The position numbers were made by a program, and so were the translations under genes. A DNA stretch of 64,000 nt, taken from contig BDGG01000012.1 of NCBI GenBank assembly GCA_001949185.1, positions 426,973-490,972 on the forward strand, read 5' to 3'. Positions 40,115 to 51,514 of the stretch are shown piece by piece. Within the stretch, counting starts at the first letter, position 1; every line of letters starts with the position of its first letter. Source of the DNA: Ramazzottius varieornatus. Lineage: Eukaryota; Animalia; Tardigrada. Below the pieces are notes generated by a model that worked only from the letters and a program-made list of their open reading frames with translations, was not told the origin of the DNA and made no database searches.

Positions 40115-41316
40115 TTATTTGCCTTTGCCCATCTCCGTTGAGCGTTTGGTAGCAGCTTCGACAGCGTTGATGACCGCATTGCGAAGTCCGCCTTGTTCCA
40201 GAGCGTGTAGGCCATGGATGGTTGTTCCGCCTGGACTGGCAACAGCGTCGCGAAGGACTGCTGGGTGGGTGCCGGAAGCTGTCACCATTTTTGCAGCTCC
40301 CTACAAAGAATTCCTTGAAGTTTAACATCTCAAGCCGAGGTACATACTAATTTAATCGAACGCAGTTTCTTACAAGAACGGTCTGTGCAGCTAGTTTGGT
40401 GGACAAGTCACGCGGAAGACCCATTTTGACGCCTCCGTCCGACAGCGCTTCAATGAAGGTAAATACCTGCCAGAATCAACCAGTCATCAGATTCGAGCGA
40501 GTAAAGGAGGATAATTATGGTAATCGAGCTTACGTAGGCTGGTCCACTTCCGCTAAGGCCTGTCACCGCATCGATCAGCTTCTCGTCGATCTGGCTGCAG
40601 AACCCAAGCGAGGAGAACATTTTCTCTGCTAGGGCGGCGTCTTCGGAAGTACATATGGAGTTCGGACAGAAGACACAAGCGCCATATCCTGGATACAGCG
40701 CTGGTGTGTTGGGCATTACTCGAATTATGCGCGCCGGTTTCTCTAGAGCCTAAAAAGAATTGACCCGTGCATAAAGGAAAGACATACGAATAAGTGTAGC
40801 AGAGTTTTATGCGGACCGGGCTTTAGGTACCTTTTCCATGCTCTCAATCGCAACGCCAGCCGCCACCGATATGACGAGCAAATTTCTCTTAGCGATAGTT
40901 GCCGATAGCTCCTGCAACACTTCTTTGACAACGTCAGGCTTGACGGCGAGGATGAGGATGTTGACTTTCTCCGCAACTTGCGCGTTCTCATCATATACGG
41001 TGACTCCGGCCTCCTATATGCAATCGGACTATCGGAGTCGCATAAACTGAAAGGATTCTATCGTCAGCCTTACCTGGATTTCTGAAGAGTCCCAGTTCGC
41101 AGGGCAACTTGCGAAAGTGTTCGAGCTGTGGAAGAGACCTGTAAAATTAATATGGACATCTACAGAGATCTACAAAGTGCGCATAGTACTATAGTACTGC
41201 GCGGAGGTGAATATAGGAGAGTTGGATGATACCATACCTGACTCGATGAATCCTTTTGCCATTGCAGTGGCCATCTTTCCAGCTCCAACGAATCCCACAG
41301 TATTGGTCTGGGCCAT
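40115..41316 (-). CDS. PYCR: Pyrroline-5-carboxylate reductase
   Basis: [72 protein letters not shown]. Confidence 0.95.
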
Positions 41317-42013
41317 TTCAGCTCCCGAAGTTATTTCCAAGGAATGTGCACGGAAGAATGCGGAAGGAGAAACCATCACAGTACAGTTCTCCTGTTTCAA
41401 TATCCAGATTCCACTCATCCCAGAACAGCTGACTTGCGCATCGGTCGATGCCATGCAGTGATGTCATACATCATTACTGCCGCCTGTTTACTATCATATC
41501 GCGATCGCGCGATCCACCAGCCTATTCCTTGTGCGAGTACGAATACACGGAATACATTTGCTAGACTCTGGAGGTGCTACCAAAAGGAACATTTACGTGT
41601 TTACATGTCAGATCTTTCGAGTCAATGGACCTTCTTTTATCGTAAATCGACGAAATTGAGATGATCCCGAAAGACCCGGAACGAAAGCAAACTAGAGACA
41701 CCACAGTTAAAAAGGTAAAATGGCAATCGACATGTTCCCGAACAAGACACGAAAATTAATGAGACCAAGAGAACCGAAGATTCAATAAGAACAAGAGAAA
41801 GGTGTACGTCGTGGAACAGTCTACAGAGCAGCTAAAAACGAACAAAGAAGCAGCCTCCATCAGCTACTTTCCCGACCACGGTTTTCCGCCATGTCTGGGT
41901 GGATAGAAGGTTTCGCTGTTTCTGATGAGTTCCGCGGACTTCCGATACGAGTCATCGGTCGTCACACAGTAGTCCACTACGAGGGAAATTGGCGTAAAAA
42001 ATTACTGGACGAT

Positions 42014-43406
42014 TCAATGTGAAGCTTCCGTTCGAGACCAACCTCCAGAGTAAGGGTCCCATTCCCACTGCGGACGGTTTCTACAGTGTTCGCCCCAATG
42101 TCCGCACTTCCCGCAGTTATAGCAAGATTTTATTCTTGCTGGCCTCTTCGGGTTAGCCTTCCATGGAGGTTTACCTAAAGAACCTGAAAACCATTGGACC
42201 ATTACGCTTGGGAACAAAACCGAAGTTACGCTTGGGAACAGAGCAAGACTTGAGGACCGTACTTACCGGAAGGAATAGTTGTCGGCGTTTTGAGACCTTC
42301 TTCCCGACTGATACACGATCCACAACTGTACGAAGTTTTTAATCTCGCAGTACTGTCTGGACTTTGAGAGGCAGTCTGACATGCGAGAACATCAGTATCA
42401 GACAGTGACTTGATTTTTGGGTCGTCGGGAGGTCCAGGCTTTTCTACAACCGGGGGGTATCCTTGTTCATGGGGCAGTGTGGAACATGGTTCTCCGTTTT
42501 GTCCAGGATCCACATCTCCGAAATCACTGAGCAGGTGGGTAGACTCGAACGAATGATTAAGGCTAAACTCCTCTAGCTCTTCCGAGCACAGACTAGCGGT
42601 CGAAGTCCCTACTGAATTCATCAGAGGTAGAGCAGATAGGATCTGTGAACAATGTGACGTTGGCAAATCATTTACCCAATTCGGTTGTTAAAGTGGCGCA
42701 CGGTATTACTCTTACAATGGCCTTTGACAGTGGTACCATGCGCCACTTGGGAACTCGACGAATTTCGTTTACCCAGATAGCGCAGGCTATTAGCCAACAG
42801 CACTGGAAATGTGCGCCACTTGGGAAACTGTCGTTTTTTACTCACGGACGGTGTACGAATTGCTGTCCGTCGATTCACAAGTTCCACCGCCAACTGGCCA
42901 AGCCGGAGTCGCCGATGGAACCGTAATGCGGGATGCCGGTAGCCCATATTGATAATCATGAGAAGGTCCGATAAGACTTGGCCGTCTTCTAGTCGTCCCA
43001 AATGGCCTGGTATGTCCGCTTTTTCCAGGAAATCACAGATAATCTCTCCACAGGACGTGCTCAGAGTATGCAGAACACTAAAATCCAGGAGAACCTGGTT
43101 ACGAGTCATCTCGTTGGTAAGAAGCGACAGCGGTTCCATGCTGTCGTATGACTCGCGCATCGAGAAGACGTCGTTGGTTCGCCGTATGAGTTCTTGGGCT
43201 TCCACAACGCTTTGCCAATCTCTACCCATAAAGGAATGGAGGATAGTGTGGAAATAACGCACTTCTAAATTGGTCATAGTATTCAAAAGAGAAAAGAAGA
43301 TTTCGAGGCGTTCATGGTTATCGAGGCCCGTGTCCATCCATTCGCGGATTTTGCCGCCGGTTTCAAATACGGACGTCACCGGAAGTGCCGCTTCGGGCTT
43401 CTCCAT
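42014..43406 (-). CDS. ZCCHC14/ZCCHC2-like protein (conserved N-terminal helical domain plus C-terminal CCHC knuckle), 3 exons
   Basis: REWMDTGLDNHERLEIFFSLLNTMTNLEVRYFHTILHSFMGRDW resembles the ZCCHC14/2 N-terminus. C-terminal SCYNCGKCGHWGEHC. Confidence 0.7.
42691..42828. repeat. Tandem double family-A intronic hairpin (ZCCHC-like gene)
   Basis: AAGTGGCGCACGGTA / TACCATGCGCCACTT, then GTTTACCCAGATAGCGCA / TGCGCCACTTGGGAAAC. Confidence 0.85.
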
Positions 43407-43644
43407 GGTGTAGGCACAACAGTATTCCTAGCAGAAAAATATCTCGCTGGGTCATCTACAGCCAGCACGACCTACGTTAAATTTCGAAGTCATAGATATG
43501 GGTGTTCTTCTCGTTATTGTTTAGAGTTCAGTTCAGCGTTACCTTATCAACACACACGCTGCCGATGAGGATACCCCGCACTTCCGGTCTGCACGCACTG
43601 CACGGAAACTAACCATTCAAAGAGAACTTTGTGCCGACTAAAGC

Positions 43645-45753
43645 CTAGACAGTCATACTAACGAGTAACACCCTTCTTCTTCTAACGAATCCAACAACTG
43701 GTGAGCTGAAAGAAAAACGGAGAAAGAGGAACTGGCGAACGAGGCAATGGGTTAACGAGAGAAACTCAAGAAAACAAAACAAGAATTCTGGAGGTAGAGG
43801 ACTTTGATCATTGGATGTATTCGTACGGGCCTCGTTGATTGATGCAACTAGTGACGTCCATATCGCTCCAATCATATTCCCCGGGTGCATGAATTTCGGG
43901 GTCGAAGTCTGGACCACCGGCAAACTCGAACCATTTTTTTTCTCCAAAGTCTTTTCCAGCTTCTTGAGTTGGTCCTCACCTTCTGCCTTCAAAACTCTTC
44001 CAAAAAGGGTACCTTTGATGTCTTCGGTCCGATTCCCTTCCGCGTGGATTTCCAACACCCACTTACCCGAAAACTCTTTGTTTTTCTGACGTTTTGTGTT
44101 CCCCTTTTTTCTTTCTTTAATATCACCTTTGTCAGCTTCTGATTCTGAAGGGGCCCACAGCAGCGAGACCGATCCGGCCAGATCGTGCACCAGTTTCTTT
44201 TCAGTAGACGACAGCGGAAGCAACAACTGAGGTAGTCGCTTTTCCGTTTGCTTAAAGTTCTTGAACTGGGATTCTTTAGCGATCTCTTGAGAACGATATT
44301 TTATCTACAAAAATAGGTGTGTCAATGTGGAATGCACTATAATTATGGTAACTTCGATTAACGAATCAGATTACCTGAAAAGGATAAGCGACGCGGCAAA
44401 GGTCCAGGAAGCGACGCGATGTTTCCGGACAGTTTTTCATATCGGGCAAGATCTCTAGCGTCATGGCCTCGCGGGCTTCGTCGTCGTCGTCGCCGTAGTC
44501 TTCGCAGGCCTCCTCGGACAGTCGCCAGTTCAGGCAACCCACCTCTTGCTTCGTTTTGGATCTGCGTGAGACTGCAACGGACTTTCCCTTGACAAGCTTT
44601 GCAGCTTCTTCTTTGGTTATAACACCGTCCTGCCAATAACAATTCAGAAGCTCCTTCGTGAAATCCTCCATTATGCCGACGGGAAAGTCTTACAATCGTT
44701 ATATCAGGTACCTTGATCGGACCGTCAACCAGTTGATCCATGGTCATGAGAGCGAAGCGAATCTGAGGCAACAGCGGCTGAAGAGCAGCCACCGAGTCGG
44801 GCTTGACTCTAGCCTTCTTCGCTTTAACAGGCTCCTCGTCGTTTCTCAAACGTGACGGCCCATTCTCCGCCCACCTACAAAGACACCTACCTATTCGTGC
44901 ATGATCAGAAAAGCGAAGATATATGGCTAATTTCCACTCACTTTTGAGCGATCTTGTAAAGCTCGATTTCTTGAGTGTCATTGATATTCAGTTCTGAGAT
45001 CTCCGCAGAATCTCCACCATCATATCAACGCTAACATCCGTCAAGTCTTGCTTCTTGAGAGCCGCTAAAGGATGTCGGTCGATTTCGTCAAGTGCCCCAC
45101 ATTCGATTTCTTCCTCAAGAAGACGCGCCTGCCAAAGGAGAAATATTTCTTACCTTTCACCACGATAGCCGAACGCTGAATCGCTTACCATCGGTAAAGC
45201 GAAACAATCAGCAAGTACAAACCTGAGTAAGAAGGCTGCAAACATTGATCTGGCCTCTCACACGAAGGCTGTTCAGGATCTCCGCTCTGCAGTGCTTAGC
45301 CAGCTCCGGAACTCCATATTGTGTCGCGCACTGCAGCAGCTGCAGGACTACCGTTGCGATTTCTGCTTTCTTGCCTCCAGCGAAGTTCGGTTTCTGATCA
45401 GCGTAAAGAAAAGCGATCAGAGCTTCGAATATCTGCTTTGGATAATTGGCAATGGCCACCGTTGTCTGGGTGGTGTTAGCCGCTGGTCCAAAAAACATGG
45501 CGTAGAAGACTTCGCTGCCGATGGCAAGCATGAACCTGCAAAGCAGGAGAGGCGCATGAACACTTTGGTGCATCTTGACCCAAAAGTCAGTCGTTCGTTT
45601 CACTTACTTGTGGGCCGGGATGTTTTCCGTCACGCCATCGTTCTCAAACTCGAAAGTAACATCCGCCGGAAGCGGCAGATGTTTCAGCAGGTATTCCCCG
45701 CGATGGCGCAGAGTCCTTGCGTTTCCCTGCCATCCCCAGTTGGCTTTCAGCAT
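43645..45753 (-). CDS. BTB/POZ-BACK domain protein (BTBD1/2/3/6-like N-half, divergent C-terminus)
   Basis: NWGWQGNARTLRHRGEYL..ADVTF..IPAHKFMLAIGSEVFYAMFFG, FEALIAFLY, LLPQIRFALMT. Start and end approximate. Confidence 0.8.
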
Positions 45754-46424
45754 CTTTGCAACCTGTGCTTCCCAAGTCCCGACGTCCGCAATCCGACAGT
45801 AGTGCCAATCACTAACTTCTTTTAGAATATACGCAATATGTTGTAGCCCGGTACGATATTGACTGGAGCAACCTGCGTAGAACGGTCCAGCTGGATTCTC
45901 TTCTTCTAACTATCCCCCGCAGATCGACTGTTGAGCATACTGCCTCTGAAAATTCTGAGGGAGCTCAAGTTAAACCGCTGGAGCCAGGTGAGGACCGGAA
46001 CGTCTGGACTTCAAACCTGGATTCGGGGCCTTCCGGTCCCGGAAATTTTAACATTTGACAAGTCGTGAAGAAGAGTGGGAACTGGGGAGGGGAACTGCGA
46101 TTTGTCGGGATCGACCGGAATCACCGGATGACTGGACCGCCCGGCGATCCCGACATCGCCCTTCGGAGAAGTTTGTCGAATCAGCTCGGCTCTTCAATCA
46201 GTTGCAGCTTTCGACACGGACCGCTCTTTGCCCCTGAAGGCGAATTGACAGTTGACCTCGGCTCGGGAATTTTCGGCCAGTTTTTGGCTTTTTGCGGCTT
46301 TTTGTTGTCCTGCTTGATGCTTCTCCAATCATCCAATGTTTCGTCCCTTATTAGTGTTGTCGTAGTTCGGTTCGGCCATCACTGAGGCTTACTCTGGTAT
46401 CTGCTAACTTCCTAAAGATTGAAT

Positions 46425-47096
46425 ATGGACGGGAACGATTTGGAGACTCAGCCGGAGGATCTGAATACCAGCAACACCTCGGAGACGACAACGATGCAGC
46501 TGCTAGCCGAGCTGAAGGACATCTGGCGAAATGAACGATTTGCTCCTGAACTGCTTCCGCACCATGTCGACCTTGTGGACTGCTTACTGGAGCAAGTGCG
46601 AGTGATGGAGGGGAATGTCGGGAAGGCCCGTGGAAAGGAGCCGTACCGCTGTCACGTCCACAAGATGGAGCTGAATCGGATACGCTTCATGTTGTCAAAC
46701 TACCTCCGATGTCGCCTGGAGAAGTTGGAGTTGTTCACGACTCACTACAGACAACTGTCAGCAGAGCAACAAGAACATTTCTTGAGCCCAGCAGAACTGA
46801 CATTCCTGAATAACTTTGCAGACAAGACAGATGAACTGCTGACGAACAGTGTTGCGCCTTACCTGCCAACAGGAATGCCCGTCTTGGACGCCTGGAAAAA
46901 GAACCCAGCACGTCCGAAACTGGACTCGTTCGTCTTTGTCCAGCCCAAAGAAGTATTAGAAGGTGTTATCTTAGATGCGGGAACGCAGGATGGTCGAGAA
47001 GAGGAGATCGTGACACTGGAAGAAGGCGGACAGTATCTACTCAGATATTCCTCCGTGCGGGAACACGTCATGGCTAACAGGGTTCTACTCATGTGA
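46425..47096 (+). CDS. GINS4: GINS complex subunit 4 (Sld5), single coding exon
   Basis: WRNERFAPELLPH, HKMELNRIRFMLSNYLRCRLEKLE, LSPAE, PKLDSFVF, YLLRYSSV. Confidence 0.95.
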   Translation: MDGNDLETQPEDLNTSNTSETTTMQLLAELKDIWRNERFAPELLPHHVDLVDCLLEQVRVMEGNVGKARGKEPYRCHVHKMELNRIRFMLSNYLRCRLEKLELFTTHYRQLSAEQQEHFLSPAELTFLNNFADKTDELLTNSVAPYLPTGMPVLDAWKKNPARPKLDSFVFVQPKEVLEGVILDAGTQDGREEEIVTLEEGGQYLLRYSSVREHVMANRVLLM

Positions 47097-47132
47097 ACGA
47101 TTGGTTTCCTTCATGTGAACGATTGGTTTCCT
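47089..47132. repeat. 22-bp perfect tandem duplication covering the GINS4 stop codon
   Basis: TCATGTGAACGATTGGTTTCCT x2. Confidence 0.9.
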
Positions 47133-47452
47133 CCATGGACCATTGGTGAACTTCAAAAGCTAACGACGGTGTTAGTGGATGTAGTTTCGAAGACAAAATT
47201 GTCATGTATTTCAATGTTTCCAAAGCGACCTACACAATGTGATAACTTGGAATTACTTATATCCCGTAAAATATTCTTCCATAGAATCCGTACGTGCGTT
47301 CTATAGTCGTATATGCGATTTTTTGTTGAGCTGTTTATTTTGTTTTTTAGTTCAAAATTTCATAAAATCGTCATCATGTTGTGTATCTGACCGGAAGTGC
47401 CCATAAAAATCTCGCAACTCGCACAGTTATCCTGTTGGACAGCGGATAAAGT

Positions 47453-48311
47453 ATGCCCAAGCCTATCCCGCCTTTCTCGTCCAAACCTATTGCTCCTTCC
47501 TCCTTCGACTATAAATCCAATCATCCAGCTTCCAACCCTCGTTGTGGAGATTGTTTTAAACGGTCGACCAACGGACCTGACTATTGGCAATCAAAGTACC
47601 AAACCAGCTCTGCCAAATCATCCCGATCGGAAACCGAGAGCGAGTCCCGCTCGCGATCCCGCCCTGTGTCCTACGGTAGCAGTACTCAAGCCGGATCTAT
47701 CACCCTATCCTCCTCCAGACGCGAATCGCGGTATTCCTCTCCTACCCGCCATTCTCGGGGTGAAGATGGCTCCTTCCTGTATTCGGATTTTAGTACTCCT
47801 CCTAGACATGTGCCAGTAAGGCCGACCTGTGTCGATGATCGAGCGGAGCAACGCGCAGCGAAATTAGCTCACAGTTTCAGCCATATGCATATCGGTCGGG
47901 ATCCACCGGGGACCTCTTCGAGTTCCTTCTCCTCGCGTTCGCTGCCACATCCTCTTCGTATATCACACAGTACGGCTTATCAACCTTCGGCGTTATCGTT
48001 GTCGAATATTCCGGAAGACCCGGAAATAACCGTGGCGAATCGGAGGATTGGTACGAGGTTGCAGAAGATTTACGCCAAACCTGTGACGAAGCATACCAAA
48101 CCGATAACTATAAGGTCTCGCTGGGAACTGGCCGAGAGCGAACGCCATCGAGAAATTCACCGCATTAATAAGGTAAGAAGCTTTAGGAAACTTTTGTCGA
48201 TAACACGCAGTTGGAGATACAGTCATGATGGTTTTCTATTCGCAGGTTGTGAGCCAGAAAATAATAAGGGCCCGAAATGGCCCTCCTCTACCCGCCGAAA
48301 GAACGCGGTGA
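47453..48311 (+). CDS. Ser-rich disordered protein with two basic helical segments, possibly CFAP97/hemingway-like; exons 47453-48171 and ~48246-48311
   Basis: Long ORF plus a GT-AG intron. ITVANRRIGTRLQKI and ERHREIHRINKVVSQKI loosely resemble the paired I.RxNxxLxxxL motifs of CFAP97. Confidence 0.55.
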
Positions 48312-49465
48312 TATGTATAATTTCTCTTTGTTCTTTTTCCGTATTTCAAAATTCAAATTCTTGTTTCCGTTATAAAACAAAAATTTCTAATTCTAAGGCA
48401 TTGAAGTCTTCCTTGTTTCGTCTTGTGTTGGCAGTCTTCCACTGTACATAATCACTCAAAGAACTGCGCACGTTTGATGCTTCTATTTTGTACTATGTGC
48501 CTCCTGCAGGCAAACTGTTATCCGTCTCCGAAATTAAGTCTTTCTGACGTCGTTTCGCCACTTTTTTGTGAGATATCGATGCTGTACGACGTGTGTAAAT
48601 GGCGGTCAGAGCATCATCACAGACACAACGAGTACTTCCGGTTAGGTCCCCGTTAACTTAGTGTCACCAGCCTCTGGTGTCACAAAACTTACTGTACATG
48701 GTACGCCATATGGTGAAGCGACACGGTTAGTACATGATTTCCGATTTTGAATTTTTGACGAATTTACTTGCGACTTGCGACCTGGCTATTTACATTTGCC
48801 AGCTCTAGCTTTCCAGAGTTCAGACCTTCGACGAAGCCTTCGGTAACTGTTCTTTCTTCTGATGATCTGATCTGAGGAACTGTGGATGGATGAGTGAAAC
48901 AGCTGCGCGGATCGCGGTTGCAGGTGTGTGGATTATTTCAGTTTTGATTTTTGTGTGCTGTAACCACTTTCAGCCACTGCAGCGTGGACGTTTGTTAGGC
49001 CGAGCGAAGCGAGACCCTTTTAAGTCTGTCGAGATTTCAATGGACGATCAGATTCTTCGAGCTTTCACATATCGCGAACTCTGTACTGAAAACAAATGCG
49101 TAACTTGATCCGGGTCACAGAAATTTTTTACTCGCAAGTGCAACGTAACGCAGTAGAAATGTGTGGCCTATAATCTTTTGCCTCCTTTACTCGGCCTTCC
49201 CAGTGGTCGGAACCACTAGCTAGTTACAATTTATGCAATTATTTCGCCAGCCTCACTTCATCAAAGAAAATACGCTGGTAAGTTTGTACGCTCTCTCAAC
49301 TTTACGATCTGTTTACCATCTAAATGTGGAACACGAGGTGCCAAGAAACTGAGCTTATTGGACACCTCGATCTTTTTTATTACTCAGTGAAGTGTAAACA
49401 TCGATGCTCTTCTTCACAGTGATCACACTTAGCTTACTGTCACCAGTACTTTATCACCTCCAGAA

Positions 49466-51275
49466 ATGACATTGGAAGATCCACCATCGGGATTAATGTG
49501 GATGTCTGCTGGAGCAGTGTCGTTTCTAGTGGTATCCAGCTTGCTAGTTATCTGCGCTGAATTTAAACGTAAACAGTAAGTTGACCACGTCGTTGCTAAT
49601 AAATTACAATGTAACCACGTGACTTTGACGTCATCCGCGAGTTGATCGGGGAATCTTGACTGATACTTTTCCGTTTTCCAGGAACAAAACACTCAAAGCT
49701 GAGCCCGTCCAGCTTCTTTACAGGCGTAAGAATACGGATTACGGGGTAAGAAATTTTTCAACCGCTCTGGATCTAGTAGCGCGGTGACACTGATGGTGGT
49801 CGTTTGTTTAGGAAAGCGGTGGACGACCTTCAGCGGCTGTCAAGCAGACGACCTTGCAGCTGCCATCCAGCGTTGAAGCTCGCTCAACCTCTCCCACATG
49901 GCGCAACTCGTCTCTGAGCCGCGAATTACCGGCTATACCGGATTCACTGGAGCTGGGTGAAGGTGTTCGTGATGAGCGGTACGAGAGTGCTTCAAATCTC
50001 TACGCATACCTGGACGATGTGCGCACTAGAGAAGAGCACGAAAACGCCCAAGCTTCAGACTCTTCGCGGGACGCTGAACTTCCGGTGAGTCTTTGCTGTC
50101 CACCCATCTTCACAAGATCTTGAATGGACGTCTACGATAGTTGAGTGCGCTTGTTTCTGGCTGTAGGTGGTTCTTCCGAACGGACGTGTTCATCCCTACG
50201 ACCGCATTGGCGGACACGGTCCGCTCTCGCCAACTCTTCATGCCAACATGGCGCTAACACCGCCGCCAGTGTCCACTGCGCCCTTATTGTCCACCAGCAC
50301 TAACAACCATGCATTCATACTCAACCAAATGGACAACGAGCAGGAATATCGGGGTGGTAAAGAACTCGCATTATTCATTCCCGCCTCACAGAACTTAGGT
50401 TGGTCGGCTGGCATAGAATCTGATCGGTTTTCTGAATTTAGCACGCTCGGACATGTCCTATACCAGCATAACCGTGCGAGCACCGCTCTCCAATCTTCGA
50501 GCCAGACGTTTTTCCGAAGACGGCTACACTAAACTCTCCGGCGAAGAAAGCCATCTGTACGCTCAGGTAAGAATGATCCACACGCGGATGTCCGGCAAAC
50601 AGACTCGGCAAGATTGATTTTCCAGTGACGCACGCTTCCCATGTTATGGGTTAAGGGCGTGCGCCACTTGGGAAAACAGTCTTGCCGAGCTCTCACATCG
50701 TCGACGAGCCCGACCAATAAGAACCTCATGTACAGTGTAATGTGGTTTAGGTTGGGGGAGATTATGGTGGTTCGATGGTGTCGGACCCCAGTTCGGTGCA
50801 CATTTACAACGAGTTGTACGCCGAGATTGACGGGCGTAGCCAGATTAACCCGTACGCCACCAGTCGCTTAGCGGTGGTCCATCCTGCCGAGGCTGGTGAT
50901 GGTCCTTCCACATCCGGCATGGCGTCTGGTTCTTCCCGCAGTCCTCCGACACCGGAGGAGCTGGATAAACTGTACGCAAAGATCAACAAACGCAATCGTG
51001 CACCAGACACTCAGCCGTCTTTTGTAGAAACCCCGTCCAATCAAGTACCGAGACCTAGTGAGGTCTCTTCGCTGAATGATATGCGGGCTTCGGTGGACGA
51101 GGCTATCAGCACTATGGACACGTCTCTTTCCCGCTTTCTGGCTAATGGTACTTCATCCAGAGCGATTGATCAGACTAACACTCACACTGTAGACCGTAAT
51201 ATGAATCTCGAAAGATCACCGGTAGTGACAACGAGAAATCTCTCGCGCCGTGAACATGTTTATGAAGAAATGTGA
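49466..51275 (+). CDS. Single-pass transmembrane adaptor with multiple Tyr motifs (PAG1/Cbp-like), 6 coding exons
   Basis: Short ectodomain, TM LMWMSAGAVSFLVVSSLLVIC, basic KRKQ, then a disordered tail with SRELPAIP, LYAYL, PYDRI, YTSI, LYAQV, LYAEI, LYAKINK and VYEEM*. Exons join in frame. Confidence 0.75.
50604..50689. repeat. Family-A intronic hairpin (PAG1-like gene)
   Basis: CTCGGCAAGATTGATTTTCCAGTGACGCACGC / GCGTGCGCCACTTGGGAAAACAGTCTTGCCGAG. Confidence 0.92.
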
Positions 51276-51514
51276 AGCGGTCATCGTGTTTTGAATTCTT
51301 ATGTCTGTACTGTAGTAATATTTTTGTAAAGCACTGTTTAGTGACGAAGAAGTAAAGTCCAAAGTATGGGAAGAGATAACGAGGTCGAACATCAATGAAA
51401 CCAGAAAACCGATCCGCTACACATACCCGCGCTTTCGAGCCGCGCTTTATGATAAAATATAACACCCTGGCAGAAAAAACAGTAGGTTGAGATAATTAGA
51501 AATATCACAGTGCA

